From: a virus
Lineage: Duplodnaviria; Caudoviricetes
DNA length: 32,730 nt
Virus record (IMG/VR): IMGVR_UViG_3300048599_000902
Coordinates: 1 to 32,730 of that record
Direction: 5' to 3' (one strand)
The notes beneath the pieces were generated by a model, which worked only from the letters and a program-made list of their open reading frames with translations, was not told the origin of the DNA and searched no databases. This document shows, one piece after another, positions 8,274 through 17,099 of the stretch (its first letter is position 1; each line of letters starts with the position of its first letter). Position numbers and translations under genes: made by a program.

Positions 8274-9191
8274 ATGGATGACTATAGAAAACAAATTGGC
8301 AATCGTCTGCGTACTTTTCGAGAAGCTCTTGGTTTTCAACGTCAAAATGTTTTCTGTGATGATTTCGGGGGGGTAACGACGGCTGCTTGGTCGAACTATG
8401 AAAATGGAGGAAGAAGCCTTCCCGACGAAATTAAAGAACGGCTATATAAGAAATATGGATTGAACGCTAACTGGTTGCTGACTGGTGAAGGCCAAATGTA
8501 TCACAATGTTACATTTGAGGAAGGTGGCCCAATTCCACACAATGTGGAATTCAAGGATACTGAGCCTGAACCAAATTTAAGCACTGAGAAAGGATCAGAA
8601 GAAGGAGCCCGTAAGGGGCCGGCGCTTCGTTTGATGCCTGGCCTTGTCCCGGAGGACCCACGGGAGCCAGGGTCGGGAGCTATGACTGAATGTATAGATT
8701 CCTATGAGCTTGAGGGAGCAAGACTCGAAGGCGCCCGATCTCTTGAAATATCGGGGCCTGCATCGGGTGACGATGTCGTTTATGTCGATTTTTTTTCTGG
8801 TCAAACAGCGGGGGCTGGACCCGCTCGAGAAATTGAGGTAGTTCAACCAATAACCCCACAGGCAATCTTGCGGAGATTTATAAGTCCATGGCGACCGAAT
8901 CAGATCCGGGCTCTAGAGGTCCGAGGCGATAGTATGACGAAGGTCAGCATCTTTGATCGTGACATCGTTTTGTTTGTTCCCGAAGAAAAGGAAGGTGATG
9001 GCATTTTTGTGATTTCTATTGAAAATCGAATGCAAGTTAAAAGACTAGAATTTGATATTTTGGGTATGACCCTTAGGATTATCTCTGAAAATGACAGATA
9101 TCAACCACGGGTACTGACTGCGCAGGATGAAATTGAGCGAGTGGTTATTGAAGGTAAGGTTATTGGAGTATTGCATAGGCATCCATATTGA
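8274..9191 (+). CDS. CI-like repressor (XRE HTH + S24 autopeptidase)
   Basis: WSNYENG HTH, NANWLLTGEG, AGAG cleavage region, VRGDSM (Ser) and VKRL (Lys). Confidence 0.92.
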   Translation: MDDYRKQIGNRLRTFREALGFQRQNVFCDDFGGVTTAAWSNYENGGRSLPDEIKERLYKKYGLNANWLLTGEGQMYHNVTFEEGGPIPHNVEFKDTEPEPNLSTEKGSEEGARKGPALRLMPGLVPEDPREPGSGAMTECIDSYELEGARLEGARSLEISGPASGDDVVYVDFFSGQTAGAGPAREIEVVQPITPQAILRRFISPWRPNQIRALEVRGDSMTKVSIFDRDIVLFVPEEKEGDGIFVISIENRMQVKRLEFDILGMTLRIISENDRYQPRVLTAQDEIERVVIEGKVIGVLHRHPY

Positions 9192-9207
9192 AAATAAGGA
9201 GTTAGAA

Positions 9208-9918
9208 ATGAAATATACAGATGCGGTTGTAGGTAGTGTGCGAAAGAGAATTTGTAAAGAGTGCGGGAAAGTATGGTATGTGGAGCCCAGACGCGAGAAG
9301 ATGATAGGGATTGCTGGGGCCGCTATGTCTCTTGAAGCCATGGCTACCGATTCATCGATTGCTAGAGCTAGTGCGATTGGGGCGGCTGCATCACTCAGTC
9401 GCATAATGCCAAACAAGTGCCCGGCGTGTGGCGGAATGATGTATGACGAGGAGATTATATATTACCGGGGCATGATGAAAAACTTAGAACCTAAACCAGA
9501 AATTGTCTGTCCGATGTGTAAATCACTGATTCCTTATAACGCCCCCAAGTGTTGCTATTGTCAGTCAGACTTATCTTCTGATTTGGTTAATGCAAATGTA
9601 AAGAACTATGAAGCCTCTCTAGGGGAGTACAAAAAAAAGCAAACCCTCTTGGCTGTTGATTATGACTTCCAAAAAAAATGTCGCAAAAAAACAAATACCG
9701 GTATTAGAATCATATTGCTCGTGTTATTTATTGCCGCGGTTGCCTTTATAGGTGCTCTGGATGTTTTGATTAACTCTTCAGCTTCTGACATAATTATAGC
9801 CTTGCCTTGTGGAATCGGAATTGTTGCCATTTTGTTGATGTTTTTTCTTAATGCGCATGAAAGAAGACTTGTTATAGCTAACGTAAATAAAGAACCAATA
9901 TTGCTCGATGGAAAGTAG
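9208..9918 (+). CDS. Zn-ribbon-containing membrane protein
   Basis: AAGGAG RBS before ATG 9208; four CxxC motifs; two C-terminal hydrophobic helices; AT-rich. Confidence 0.75.
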   Translation: MKYTDAVVGSVRKRICKECGKVWYVEPRREKMIGIAGAAMSLEAMATDSSIARASAIGAAASLSRIMPNKCPACGGMMYDEEIIYYRGMMKNLEPKPEIVCPMCKSLIPYNAPKCCYCQSDLSSDLVNANVKNYEASLGEYKKKQTLLAVDYDFQKKCRKKTNTGIRIILLVLFIAAVAFIGALDVLINSSASDIIIALPCGIGIVAILLMFFLNAHERRLVIANVNKEPILLDGK

Positions 9919-9998
9919 AACTTAAGACTAACTCGCTCCCTTTCTATTATTTTAAGTTGCATGGCTTGTACCCTTTAAGAGGGTAGCGGTTCCTTTCC

Positions 9999-10035
9999 CC
10001 ACATTTGAGCGCCTCTCCCGCCTCTTGGGTACGAT
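9999..10035 (+). promoter_or_regulatory. Putative late promoter (lysis/packaging operon)
   Basis: CCACATTTGAGCG-N18-TACGAT, repeated at 18937-18973. Confidence 0.65.
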
Positions 10036-10055
10036 CTTATTCAAGAGGCACGGAG

Positions 10056-10673
10056 ATGAATTTACCACTCGACTGCTCGGTCTTCTTCCCATCATCGACG
10101 ATAACAACCGGCTTTGGCTGGGACCCCCTGACTTTCCCCGGCCATCCGCGGATCCACACCGCTGTCGATCGCGCCGGCAAGGGCATAGTCCATTCGCCTG
10201 TTTCCGCGTCCCGCACTGCTTGGATTGATAATGATGCCGAGGGCTGCTCGGTGTTCCGCCTCTTTTTTGATGGTGGAGAATTCCGCATGCTCCATTTCCT
10301 CCGTGCCGAGCTCGATTCCGGGGCTCTCGCTGCTGCCATAGCGCATGCCCCGCTCGCCAAGGGTGCTCCCATTGGCCCAACGGGCAACCATGGCCTTTCG
10401 GTGCCGATGAATGGCGGCACGGGGCGGCATGTCCACTATTCCCTTATCCTCGAACCCGGTGCCTATGACAATGACCTTCAGGTCCTTTCGGGTGGTTCGT
10501 GGAACTCGGATCGTACATCGGACTATCGAGCCAAGTATGGCGCTCCTTTCATCTCGCAGGCTGCGCAGCGCGGCATCCAATGGATGAACGAGTTCTGTAT
10601 TGCCCGCAATGATCCCTACTACGACGGGAAGCTTCGCTTCTACATCAATACATACCGCTTCTTCGGTATGTGA
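10056..10673 (+). CDS. M23-type peptidase, probable endolysin
   Basis: HTAVD (HxxxD), IGPTGNHG and GRHVH (HxH) motifs; first late gene, before the holin-like gene. Confidence 0.75.
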   Translation: MNLPLDCSVFFPSSTITTGFGWDPLTFPGHPRIHTAVDRAGKGIVHSPVSASRTAWIDNDAEGCSVFRLFFDGGEFRMLHFLRAELDSGALAAAIAHAPLAKGAPIGPTGNHGLSVPMNGGTGRHVHYSLILEPGAYDNDLQVLSGGSWNSDRTSDYRAKYGAPFISQAAQRGIQWMNEFCIARNDPYYDGKLRFYINTYRFFGM

Positions 10674-10681
10674 GGCGTACC

Positions 10682-10936
10682 ATGAAAACCAAGAAGTCGA
10701 CTGCGTTCTGGGCCTCATTCATCGCCCTTGTCCTGCTTTTTGCCCTCACGGCTATCAAGGCTCCACAAAGCCTCGATGGCGTGGGATCGACCATCGTCAT
10801 TGCAATAGCTATGGCTGGCGGCCTCTACCAGGCCGCAAACGTTGCCGACAATTGGCAACGCTCAAAGTTCTACAGGCCGGAACTAGATGAGCGTACTCCG
10901 CCGTCCGCGGCTGGCGCTGAAGGGGAGGGCAAATGA
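10682..10936 (+). CDS. Putative holin
   Basis: Two transmembrane segments, charged C-terminus, lysis cassette position. Confidence 0.65.
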   Translation: MKTKKSTAFWASFIALVLLFALTAIKAPQSLDGVGSTIVIAIAMAGGLYQAANVADNWQRSKFYRPELDERTPPSAAGAEGEGK

Positions 10937-11451
10937 ATGCGCGCACAATCCTTGTCACGGTCGGGATTGGTTTTGCTGGCCTTGCTGGCGCTTTTGCTGG
11001 AGGGTATGTCCTCGGCCTCAGGGCAGGATGCAATGCAGGACCTGTCGCAGATGACTACCGCCGAGCTAGTGAGCAAGGCACTCGAGATCTCGAAACAGCT
11101 AGTGCCAGAGCTGATGACACAGAACACAGCCTGGGACGAATTGAAGAACGAGAACGAGGCGCTGCAATCGGAAATCGATCAAGTGCGGAGCGACTTAGCG
11201 CAGGCGAAAACATCCTCAACACAGGCTCAGAGCAACTACGACAAAGCACAAGCCGAATTGACGCAGGTGAAAGCGGAACTCGAGCAGCGAGCGAACGACT
11301 CGGAGGCATCAGCGAACGAACTCTCCGAGGCTCGAGCGGCGCTCAAGACAATCTCGTCCTTGGTACACAACTCCTCGGTGTCCTGGAAGAACTCGACAGA
11401 CGCGGTGGAAATAACGCTCAAGACGGCTGCTCGAAAACAGAGACTCGCTGA
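10933..11451 (+). CDS. Membrane-anchored coiled-coil protein, spanin-like subunit
   Basis: N-terminal hydrophobic segment then helical polar domain; ATGA overlap with the holin. Confidence 0.55.
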   Translation: MNARTILVTVGIGFAGLAGAFAGGYVLGLRAGCNAGPVADDYRRASEQGTRDLETASARADDTEHSLGRIEERERGAAIGNRSSAERLSAGENILNTGSEQLRQSTSRIDAGESGTRAASERLGGISERTLRGSSGAQDNLVLGTQLLGVLEELDRRGGNNAQDGCSKTETR

Positions 11452-11539
11452 GGCCTGTGCTTATACGGCTTCCGCGGTTTCGATAGCTACAACTATTTGG
11501 GCCATCGTAGAGACTGTATTGAGAAAGGCAGGGAAATAA
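10937..11539 (+). CDS. Exported coiled-coil protein with C-terminal hydrophobic helix, spanin-like partner in +1 frame
   Basis: Signal-peptide-like LVLLALLALLL, long heptad region, C-terminal AVSIATTIWAIVETVL; ends 1 nt before the next ATG. Confidence 0.65.
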   Translation: MRAQSLSRSGLVLLALLALLLEGMSSASGQDAMQDLSQMTTAELVSKALEISKQLVPELMTQNTAWDELKNENEALQSEIDQVRSDLAQAKTSSTQAQSNYDKAQAELTQVKAELEQRANDSEASANELSEARAALKTISSLVHNSSVSWKNSTDAVEITLKTAARKQRLAEACAYTASAVSIATTIWAIVETVLRKAGK

Positions 11540-11540
11540 C

Positions 11541-11897
11541 ATGGAGCTCATCACGAAGTTGCTCGACTATGGTACGGCTCCCGCGCTCCTTGTTGTGGGT
11601 TTCCTGTTGTTCTGGGTAGTGAAGAAGCTCGAGGAAAACGGACGAAAAGACGAGGCGAGGGCAAAGGATCTGTCCGACGCCATGACCACGCAGATGAATG
11701 CGATGGAGGATCGCTTTGAAGAGCGATTTGCCCTCTCCGACAAGAGGCTCGACGATCTATCAAATAGGGTGTCTTGCGTGGAGAGGGACTATTTGCCCCG
11801 TGAAGAGCACTACAAGGAATTCTCCGGCTGGCGGGCCGAAATCAATCGCCTATCCGATCTCATCATCAATCTATTTAAGGAGAAGGCAACCAAATGA
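11541..11897 (+). CDS. Single-TM coiled-coil phage protein
   Basis: N-terminal TM plus helical tail; usual position between lysis and packaging genes. Confidence 0.7.
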   Translation: MELITKLLDYGTAPALLVVGFLLFWVVKKLEENGRKDEARAKDLSDAMTTQMNAMEDRFEERFALSDKRLDDLSNRVSCVERDYLPREEHYKEFSGWRAEINRLSDLIINLFKEKATK

Positions 11898-12187
11898 AGC
11901 CCCTCATCCTTCGAGGAAAACTCCTCGAGTTTCTCCGCGACCTCTACCCCGAAGGCGCTGATGAGCGCACCATCGTCGGCGTGTTCTATGAATATCACGA
12001 ATATGACGATATCATCGCGTCCCTTTCATACCTTGCTGACAAGGGGTATGCGGAGTGCAAGGAAGTACCGCATCCCTACAAAAGTGCAGAAAGAATTCGC
12101 ATCTATAAAATCGCCCCGCCTGGCATCGATCTCATGGACGGTACGACTGTCGATCCCGCGGTGACCATCGTCCCCGAGGGGAAGTGA
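11894..12187 (+). CDS. Mu gp26-like winged-helix protein
   Basis: LSYLADKGY...YKIAPPGIDLMDG; immediately upstream of TerS. Confidence 0.65.
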   Translation: MKPLILRGKLLEFLRDLYPEGADERTIVGVFYEYHEYDDIIASLSYLADKGYAECKEVPHPYKSAERIRIYKIAPPGIDLMDGTTVDPAVTIVPEGK

Positions 12188-12194
12188 GGCCATT

Positions 12195-12719
12195 ATGGGC
12201 CGCCGAGCGAAAGCAGACCTCTATGACCTCGTCGACAGAATCCTCGAGCTCTACACGAAAGATAAGCTTAACATCCGCGAGATCGAGGCCCAACTCAAGA
12301 GCGAAGGCTACGAGATCAGCCGCGAGGCGATCAGGCGATCTCTCAAGAGCTCGAAGGAAATCGCTGCTGATCTACAGGCGACCATAGCCGAGGCAAAAGT
12401 CATGATCGATACCGTCCGGGCAAATCCTAACACGGACGTGGCCGAAGCGGTCGTCACCCGCCTCGGAGGCCTTCTCCTCCGCGAATCGCAGAACATCGAT
12501 GCCCTTCAATTCGAGGATCCGGGAGAGGCCGTCCTCGCCGCGGGGCGCCTCGCGAACGCTCAGGCCAAGCTCGCCTCAGTGCGGATGAAATATCAGGACG
12601 GCTACGAGGCCGCAAAACGCGCCGTCATCGACATGCTCAAGGCCGAGCTCTCTTCGGATCCCGACCTCGCCGCGAAACTCTCGACCGTCGTCATGGGGCT
12701 CGCCCCGGAGGACAGGTGA
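12195..12719 (+). CDS. Terminase small subunit (Mu gp27/DUF3486-like)
   Basis: MGRRAK start, LKSEGYEISREAIRR HTH; precedes TerL. Confidence 0.8.
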   Translation: MGRRAKADLYDLVDRILELYTKDKLNIREIEAQLKSEGYEISREAIRRSLKSSKEIAADLQATIAEAKVMIDTVRANPNTDVAEAVVTRLGGLLLRESQNIDALQFEDPGEAVLAAGRLANAQAKLASVRMKYQDGYEAAKRAVIDMLKAELSSDPDLAAKLSTVVMGLAPEDR

Positions 12720-14269
12720 AAACGCCCCTCCTCAATGAGCTCGTTGGAAATCGTGAGGTCCAGGCAAAGGACGCGGAACGCCGAGCCCGACGCGATTCAT
12801 GCGAAACCGACTTTTTCCTCTTCTGTCAGACCTATTTTCCGCATTACTTTGGTGCCGAACCGGCCCCATACCACCGCATACTTATGGACGTCGTTTCCTC
12901 TGGCTGTCTCACGGAAGAAGAGGTCGAAAAGCTCAAGCCGCTCATCAAAGAGAAATATCACCTCTATATGACTCCCACTGAGACCGTGGCGGGCATCATC
13001 GACGTAGAGCCGCGCGGATTCTCGAAATCGACGCGCTTTTCACTCGCCTTCCCGATCTGGGTCACCTTCTACAAGAAAAGGAACTTTCCTATTCTCTTTG
13101 CCTCCTCGCAGCGCCAGGCAGCTGAGAACCTCCAGTCGATCAAGGATGAGATCGAGCAGAACGAGCGACTTGCCGAGGACTTCGGCGAGATGAAGGGCAA
13201 GACCTGGAAAGCCGACAAGATTACCCTAGCGAATGGCACAGCCATCGTGGCGCGCGGCGCCGGGGCCTCAACGCGCGGCATCAAGAACGGACCGAACAGG
13301 CCCGACGTCGCGATCTGCGACGACATCATGACTGACGAGATTGCAGCCTCAAAAGTGCAGCGCGACAAGCGCTATCGCTGGTTTAAACGCGTGGTGCTTC
13401 CTCTTGGGAAGGATATCTTCCCTGTCCTTATCAACACGATCTTCCATGAAGACGACATTGTCTGCCGACTCCTCAAGGAGCTCACGGAAGGGCAGCTCAA
13501 GGGCTGGGTCGGCTTCCGCTTCGCCGCGCGCACGCCATCGGGCGCCTCCCTCTGGCCAGCCTACTGGACTGACGAAAAGCTTTGCAAGAAAGAGGACGAG
13601 CTCGGTTCGGCCGCCTGGTCCACGGAGATGATGAACGAGCCGCTCTCCTCCGAGGACTCCATCATTAAGAAGTTCATTACCTACGAGTTCCGCGAGCTCA
13701 ACGTAGCAGCCGCGAAGAAGTACGGTGGCATTGATCCGGCGACAGGGGCTCACGACAAGTGCGCCTTCGATACACTGGCCGATCCCGATACGGGCATCCT
13801 TTATGTCCTCGATTCCTGGGGCGAGCGCCTCGCGGAGGCGGGCTTCCTCGCAAAAATCATTGATACCTTCCTCGTGTACAAGCATGCCTCCATCGGCTTT
13901 GAGGACGTCGCCTTCCAGGGTATCTACAAGAACAACCTCATGGAAAAGGCCGCGGCCCGGAAAGTCTGGCTCCCCATCAACGGTCGCAAGACCGGCGGCC
14001 TTTCCAAGGTCCAGCGCGTGAAGGAGATGGCTCCTCTCATAGAGGCGGGTTTCATCCGTTTCCGCTCCGACCAGAAGGAACTCATGGAGCAGCTCTCCAT
14101 GTTTACGCCAGACGGCCCCAAGTCGGCTTACGACGATGAAGCCGATGCGCTCTGGTACGCGTTCAAGGAAGTCCAGTTCAAGAAAAAACAGGGGACACCC
14201 TCGATCGTCCCGTTTGAAAGATTCGGCGTGCGCCGCACCGTGCACACCATGTTGCGAGGATACAAATGA
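12716..14269 (+). CDS. terL: Terminase large subunit
   Basis: PRGFSKST Walker A, VAICDD Walker B, GIDPA and DDEADA nuclease motifs. Confidence 0.93.
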   Translation: MKTPLLNELVGNREVQAKDAERRARRDSCETDFFLFCQTYFPHYFGAEPAPYHRILMDVVSSGCLTEEEVEKLKPLIKEKYHLYMTPTETVAGIIDVEPRGFSKSTRFSLAFPIWVTFYKKRNFPILFASSQRQAAENLQSIKDEIEQNERLAEDFGEMKGKTWKADKITLANGTAIVARGAGASTRGIKNGPNRPDVAICDDIMTDEIAASKVQRDKRYRWFKRVVLPLGKDIFPVLINTIFHEDDIVCRLLKELTEGQLKGWVGFRFAARTPSGASLWPAYWTDEKLCKKEDELGSAAWSTEMMNEPLSSEDSIIKKFITYEFRELNVAAAKKYGGIDPATGAHDKCAFDTLADPDTGILYVLDSWGERLAEAGFLAKIIDTFLVYKHASIGFEDVAFQGIYKNNLMEKAAARKVWLPINGRKTGGLSKVQRVKEMAPLIEAGFIRFRSDQKELMEQLSMFTPDGPKSAYDDEADALWYAFKEVQFKKKQGTPSIVPFERFGVRRTVHTMLRGYK

Positions 14270-15552
14270 GCAAGAAACATCGAAACCGGACCGCAAGCTC
14301 CTTGCGTTTTGCCGATCCCGCGGCGGCCACTCCCGACCCCGCCGTCATGACTGCGCGAGTTATCAAAATGGATGATATATCGACCTTCCTGGGCTACATG
14401 CCAAACCCAGACGAGATCCTGCGCGACACTGGCGAGGCTATTTCCGTTTATCGCGAGATGAAGACGGACGCCCGCATCAAGAGCCTCCTCGCTGTCGCAA
14501 AGGCGGCCGTGCTCAACTACCCCATCCAGCTCGAGCAAGGAGAAGCTTCCAGCTCCACCATGGACCTCACGAAGGAAGCGCTCGGAGATCTCTCCTTCTA
14601 CGGCGTGGCAAAGCGTCTGCTATCCGCAATGGATTACGGATACTCGGTGGTCGAGCTCGTTTGGGAAAATGACAGCCTTTGGCGGCCAGTCGATGCCGTT
14701 GCGCGGCGGCCGGAACGTTTTCGCTTCGACGGAGACGGTCGACTTAAATGGCTCCACTACGGCGAACTCATCGACCTCTATTCCCAGTCCTACAAGTGGC
14801 TCGTCTGGCGCCACGACAAGGACGCCGAGAATCCCTACGGAACGGCGGCCCTTAAGGCATGTTACTGGCCCTGGAAGTTCAAGAAGGCCGGCGCCGAGTT
14901 CTGGCTCATGGCCACGGAGAAATTCTCGGTGCCTTCAGTCCTGGCCCTCTTCGACTGCGCGGATAACGAAGATAAGGTCCGGGAGCGGGCCGCCTCGCTC
15001 GCCGAGATGCTAGGGCAAATGAGCTCTGGTTCCGGCGCCGCCCTTGCAAACATCCGGGACGCGAAGGTCCTCTCCGTGGACGGCAAGCTCTCGGAGTTCA
15101 AGACTCTCATGGACTGGTGTGATACGCAGTTTGCCTATGCCCTTGTGTATCAGAGCCTCGCCGTCCAGGAGGCAGAGAACGGCACGCGGGCACAGGCATC
15201 GGTCCACGAGGATACTTTCCTCCAGACCATGAAGGGCCAAGCGCGGGAGCTTCAGCCGGTGCTTCAGCAGATCGCTGACTGGATCGTAGAACTCAACGTC
15301 GGTCCCGGAGAGCCCGCCCCTCGCGTCACCTTCGACCTCTCCGACTACGCAAGCTGGGAGGCGATTACTGGCGCTATCGATCGGGGCGTACCCATCTCGA
15401 CCTCAGCTCTGTATGATCGCTATCACCTTCCCAAGCCCACTGGCACGGCGGACGCCTTCGTGAAGCCGCAAGGTATGGCCGGAAGCAGTCCCAGCTTCTT
15501 TGCCGATGACGATGTAAAAAAAAAGCGACGTCCCCCGCTGAGGCTCGTGTAG
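14266..15552 (+). CDS. Portal protein (Mu gp29/DUF935-like)
   Basis: YGYSVVELVW, NPYG, EKFSVP, GTRAQASVHE motifs; follows TerL. Confidence 0.92.
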   Translation: MSKKHRNRTASSLRFADPAAATPDPAVMTARVIKMDDISTFLGYMPNPDEILRDTGEAISVYREMKTDARIKSLLAVAKAAVLNYPIQLEQGEASSSTMDLTKEALGDLSFYGVAKRLLSAMDYGYSVVELVWENDSLWRPVDAVARRPERFRFDGDGRLKWLHYGELIDLYSQSYKWLVWRHDKDAENPYGTAALKACYWPWKFKKAGAEFWLMATEKFSVPSVLALFDCADNEDKVRERAASLAEMLGQMSSGSGAALANIRDAKVLSVDGKLSEFKTLMDWCDTQFAYALVYQSLAVQEAENGTRAQASVHEDTFLQTMKGQARELQPVLQQIADWIVELNVGPGEPAPRVTFDLSDYASWEAITGAIDRGVPISTSALYDRYHLPKPTGTADAFVKPQGMAGSSPSFFADDDVKKKRRPPLRLV

Positions 15553-16994
15553 CACTCGAGGATCTCCGGGCCGCGATAGGTCGCGACGAGCTCGCGAAAG
15601 CTCGCGAGCTCGACTCCGTCGCGGCTTCGGCACAGGAGCGACTTGTCTCTCTCCTTGGTGCGCAGGTGTCGGCCTGGCGTAGGAAAGTGGATGGCCGCGG
15701 GACCTTGAGCCGCGAAGCTTTCGAGGGGGCCGCCGCTCCGAGTGTGAGCGAGGACCTCGTACGTGAGACAGAGAAGCTCCTCACGGTGTCCTATCTCCTC
15801 GGTCGCGATCATGTAGGCTCACGCCTTGACTTGGCCGATCCCGATCCGGAAGTTCCGGCCATCTCGCTCGATGAAGCGGTGAAATTCGCGAAAGCGCGCG
15901 TTCCCCTCACACGTGCCGAATGGACCACACTCGAGCCAGAACTCCGTTTCCGGGCCTTTACGGTAGCCGCTCTCTCGACGCATGACAACATCGAAAAGGT
16001 CAGGCAGATGTCCATCAAGGCGGTTGAGGACGGCACGCCTCTCTCTGAGTTCTGGACCGAGGCCAATGCCCTCGATGCCGCAGGCCTCGGCTCATCGCCC
16101 TGGTACTGGGAGACCGTCTATCGAACAAATACCCAGACCTGCTATAACGCCGGCCGCGCCGCTGAATTCACTCGGACGCAACCAGAATATCTAGAGTTCG
16201 TCGGCATCGAAGATGGCCGCCAAACGGAGATATGCGCGGCCAGGTCTGGCGTGATCCGCCCCGCCTCGGATCCCTGGTGGCGTTTGAATTGGCCACCCCT
16301 GCATTTCAATTGCCGTTCCACGGTACGCGCCGTCTATCAGGAAGAGGTTGATCTCCTTCGCGAGACGAACCCTAATTGGGAACCAACAGCTACAGATACC
16401 CTTACTCATGATTCGCCGGCCAAGGGATTCGGCGCAAATCCTGTTTCGAGCGGCAGCTTCTATAAGCTTACTCCGGCCATGATCGACAGAGCGAAGCAAT
16501 ACGGCATCCTCGACGACATCAAGGCGCTGGGCAAGACGCTCGGGCTTCGTTACGATCCCGTCTCCCTCTCCTCAGTTGCAAGTGAATCTGGCGTGCCCTC
16601 GATAGACAAAACAATTCCTGCTGATAGTGGAGATCGGGCCGCCCTCAGAAAAAACGCAAAGGAAACTTTGAACGCGCTTCGTAATCAGTCCTTCACCAAT
16701 ACCGCCCTTGGAGAGGAAGTCACGCTCAATAAAACGGGCATTGATCACGCCGTCTCTTTTGCTGGGGATCCCACGAAGCTTGCAGTCCTCGACCATATCC
16801 CGGATATCATGAAGGCGGCGACCGATTTCTCGGTCGAGCCCGAGGCCCACGGCAACCCCAGCTATACGGAGGTACTGCGCGGCAAGGCCGTCCTCGAGGT
16901 GAATGGCCAACGGAATCTCTTTGCAGTGGTACTGAAGCGAAAGAAGGACGGGACGCTTGTATTTTACGATCTCATGCCGTGGGAGCAAAAATAA
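15510..16994 (+). CDS. MuF/gp30-like head morphogenesis protein with C-terminal LPD3/BECR-like domain; frame opens at 15510, track start GTG 15666
   Basis: RAFTVA, TVYRTN...YNAGR, DGRQTEIC, WPPLHFNCRSTV; extra ~120-aa C-terminal domain (NKTGIDH...VFYDL). Confidence 0.88.
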   Translation, partial: RCKKKATSPAEARVALEDLRAAIGRDELAKARELDSVAASAQERLVSLLGAQVSAWRRKVDGRGTLSREAFEGAAAPSVSEDLVRETEKLLTVSYLLGRDHVGSRLDLADPDPEVPAISLDEAVKFAKARVPLTRAEWTTLEPELRFRAFTVAALSTHDNIEKVRQMSIKAVEDGTPLSEFWTEANALDAAGLGSSPWYWETVYRTNTQTCYNAGRAAEFTRTQPEYLEFVGIEDGRQTEICAARSGVIRPASDPWWRLNWPPLHFNCRSTVRAVYQEEVDLLRETNPNWEPTATDTLTHDSPAKGFGANPVSSGSFYKLTPAMIDRAKQYGILDDIKALGKTLGLRYDPVSLSSVASESGVPSIDKTIPADSGDRAALRKNAKETLNALRNQSFTNTALGEEVTLNKTGIDHAVSFAGDPTKLAVLDHIPDIMKAATDFSVEPEAHGNPSYTEVLRGKAVLEVNGQRNLFAVVLKRKKDGTLVFYDLMPWEQK

Positions 16995-17064
16995 AGCCGA
17001 GGGAGTATCGGCTTGCCAGCCAAACCAATGCTGGAGTCTGCTCCCTCGGCTCATACCCCTTGCA
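16987..17064 (-). ncRNA. Putative small structured RNA convergent with the MuF gene
   Basis: Upstream TTGACG-17-TATATT; 11-bp inverted repeat; ends in AAGCCGA/TCGGCTT hairpin followed by TATTTTT. Confidence 0.55.
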
Positions 17065-17070
17065 AGATTA

Positions 17071-17099
17071 AATATAGCGCCTGGATATAGAGGCGTCAA
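17071..17099 (-). promoter_or_regulatory. Sigma70-type leftward promoter
   Basis: TTGACG (17099-17094), 17-nt spacer, TATATT (17076-17071). Confidence 0.65.

Noticed and set aside
8706-8745. LEGAR-LEGAR duplication in the repressor linker
   Set aside because: Short and degenerate at DNA level; no functional evidence
13349-14296. 315-aa minus-strand ORF (likewise 19632..20438, 23461..24180, 23516..24442)
   Set aside because: Shadow ORFs antisense to well-supported GC-rich genes; no motifs or RBS
15587-15612. Perfect 11-bp hairpin CGAGCTCGCGA/TCGCGAGCTCG as frameshift stimulator
   Set aside because: About 60 nt from the slippery site, too far for a classical stimulator, and built from common GAG CTC codons
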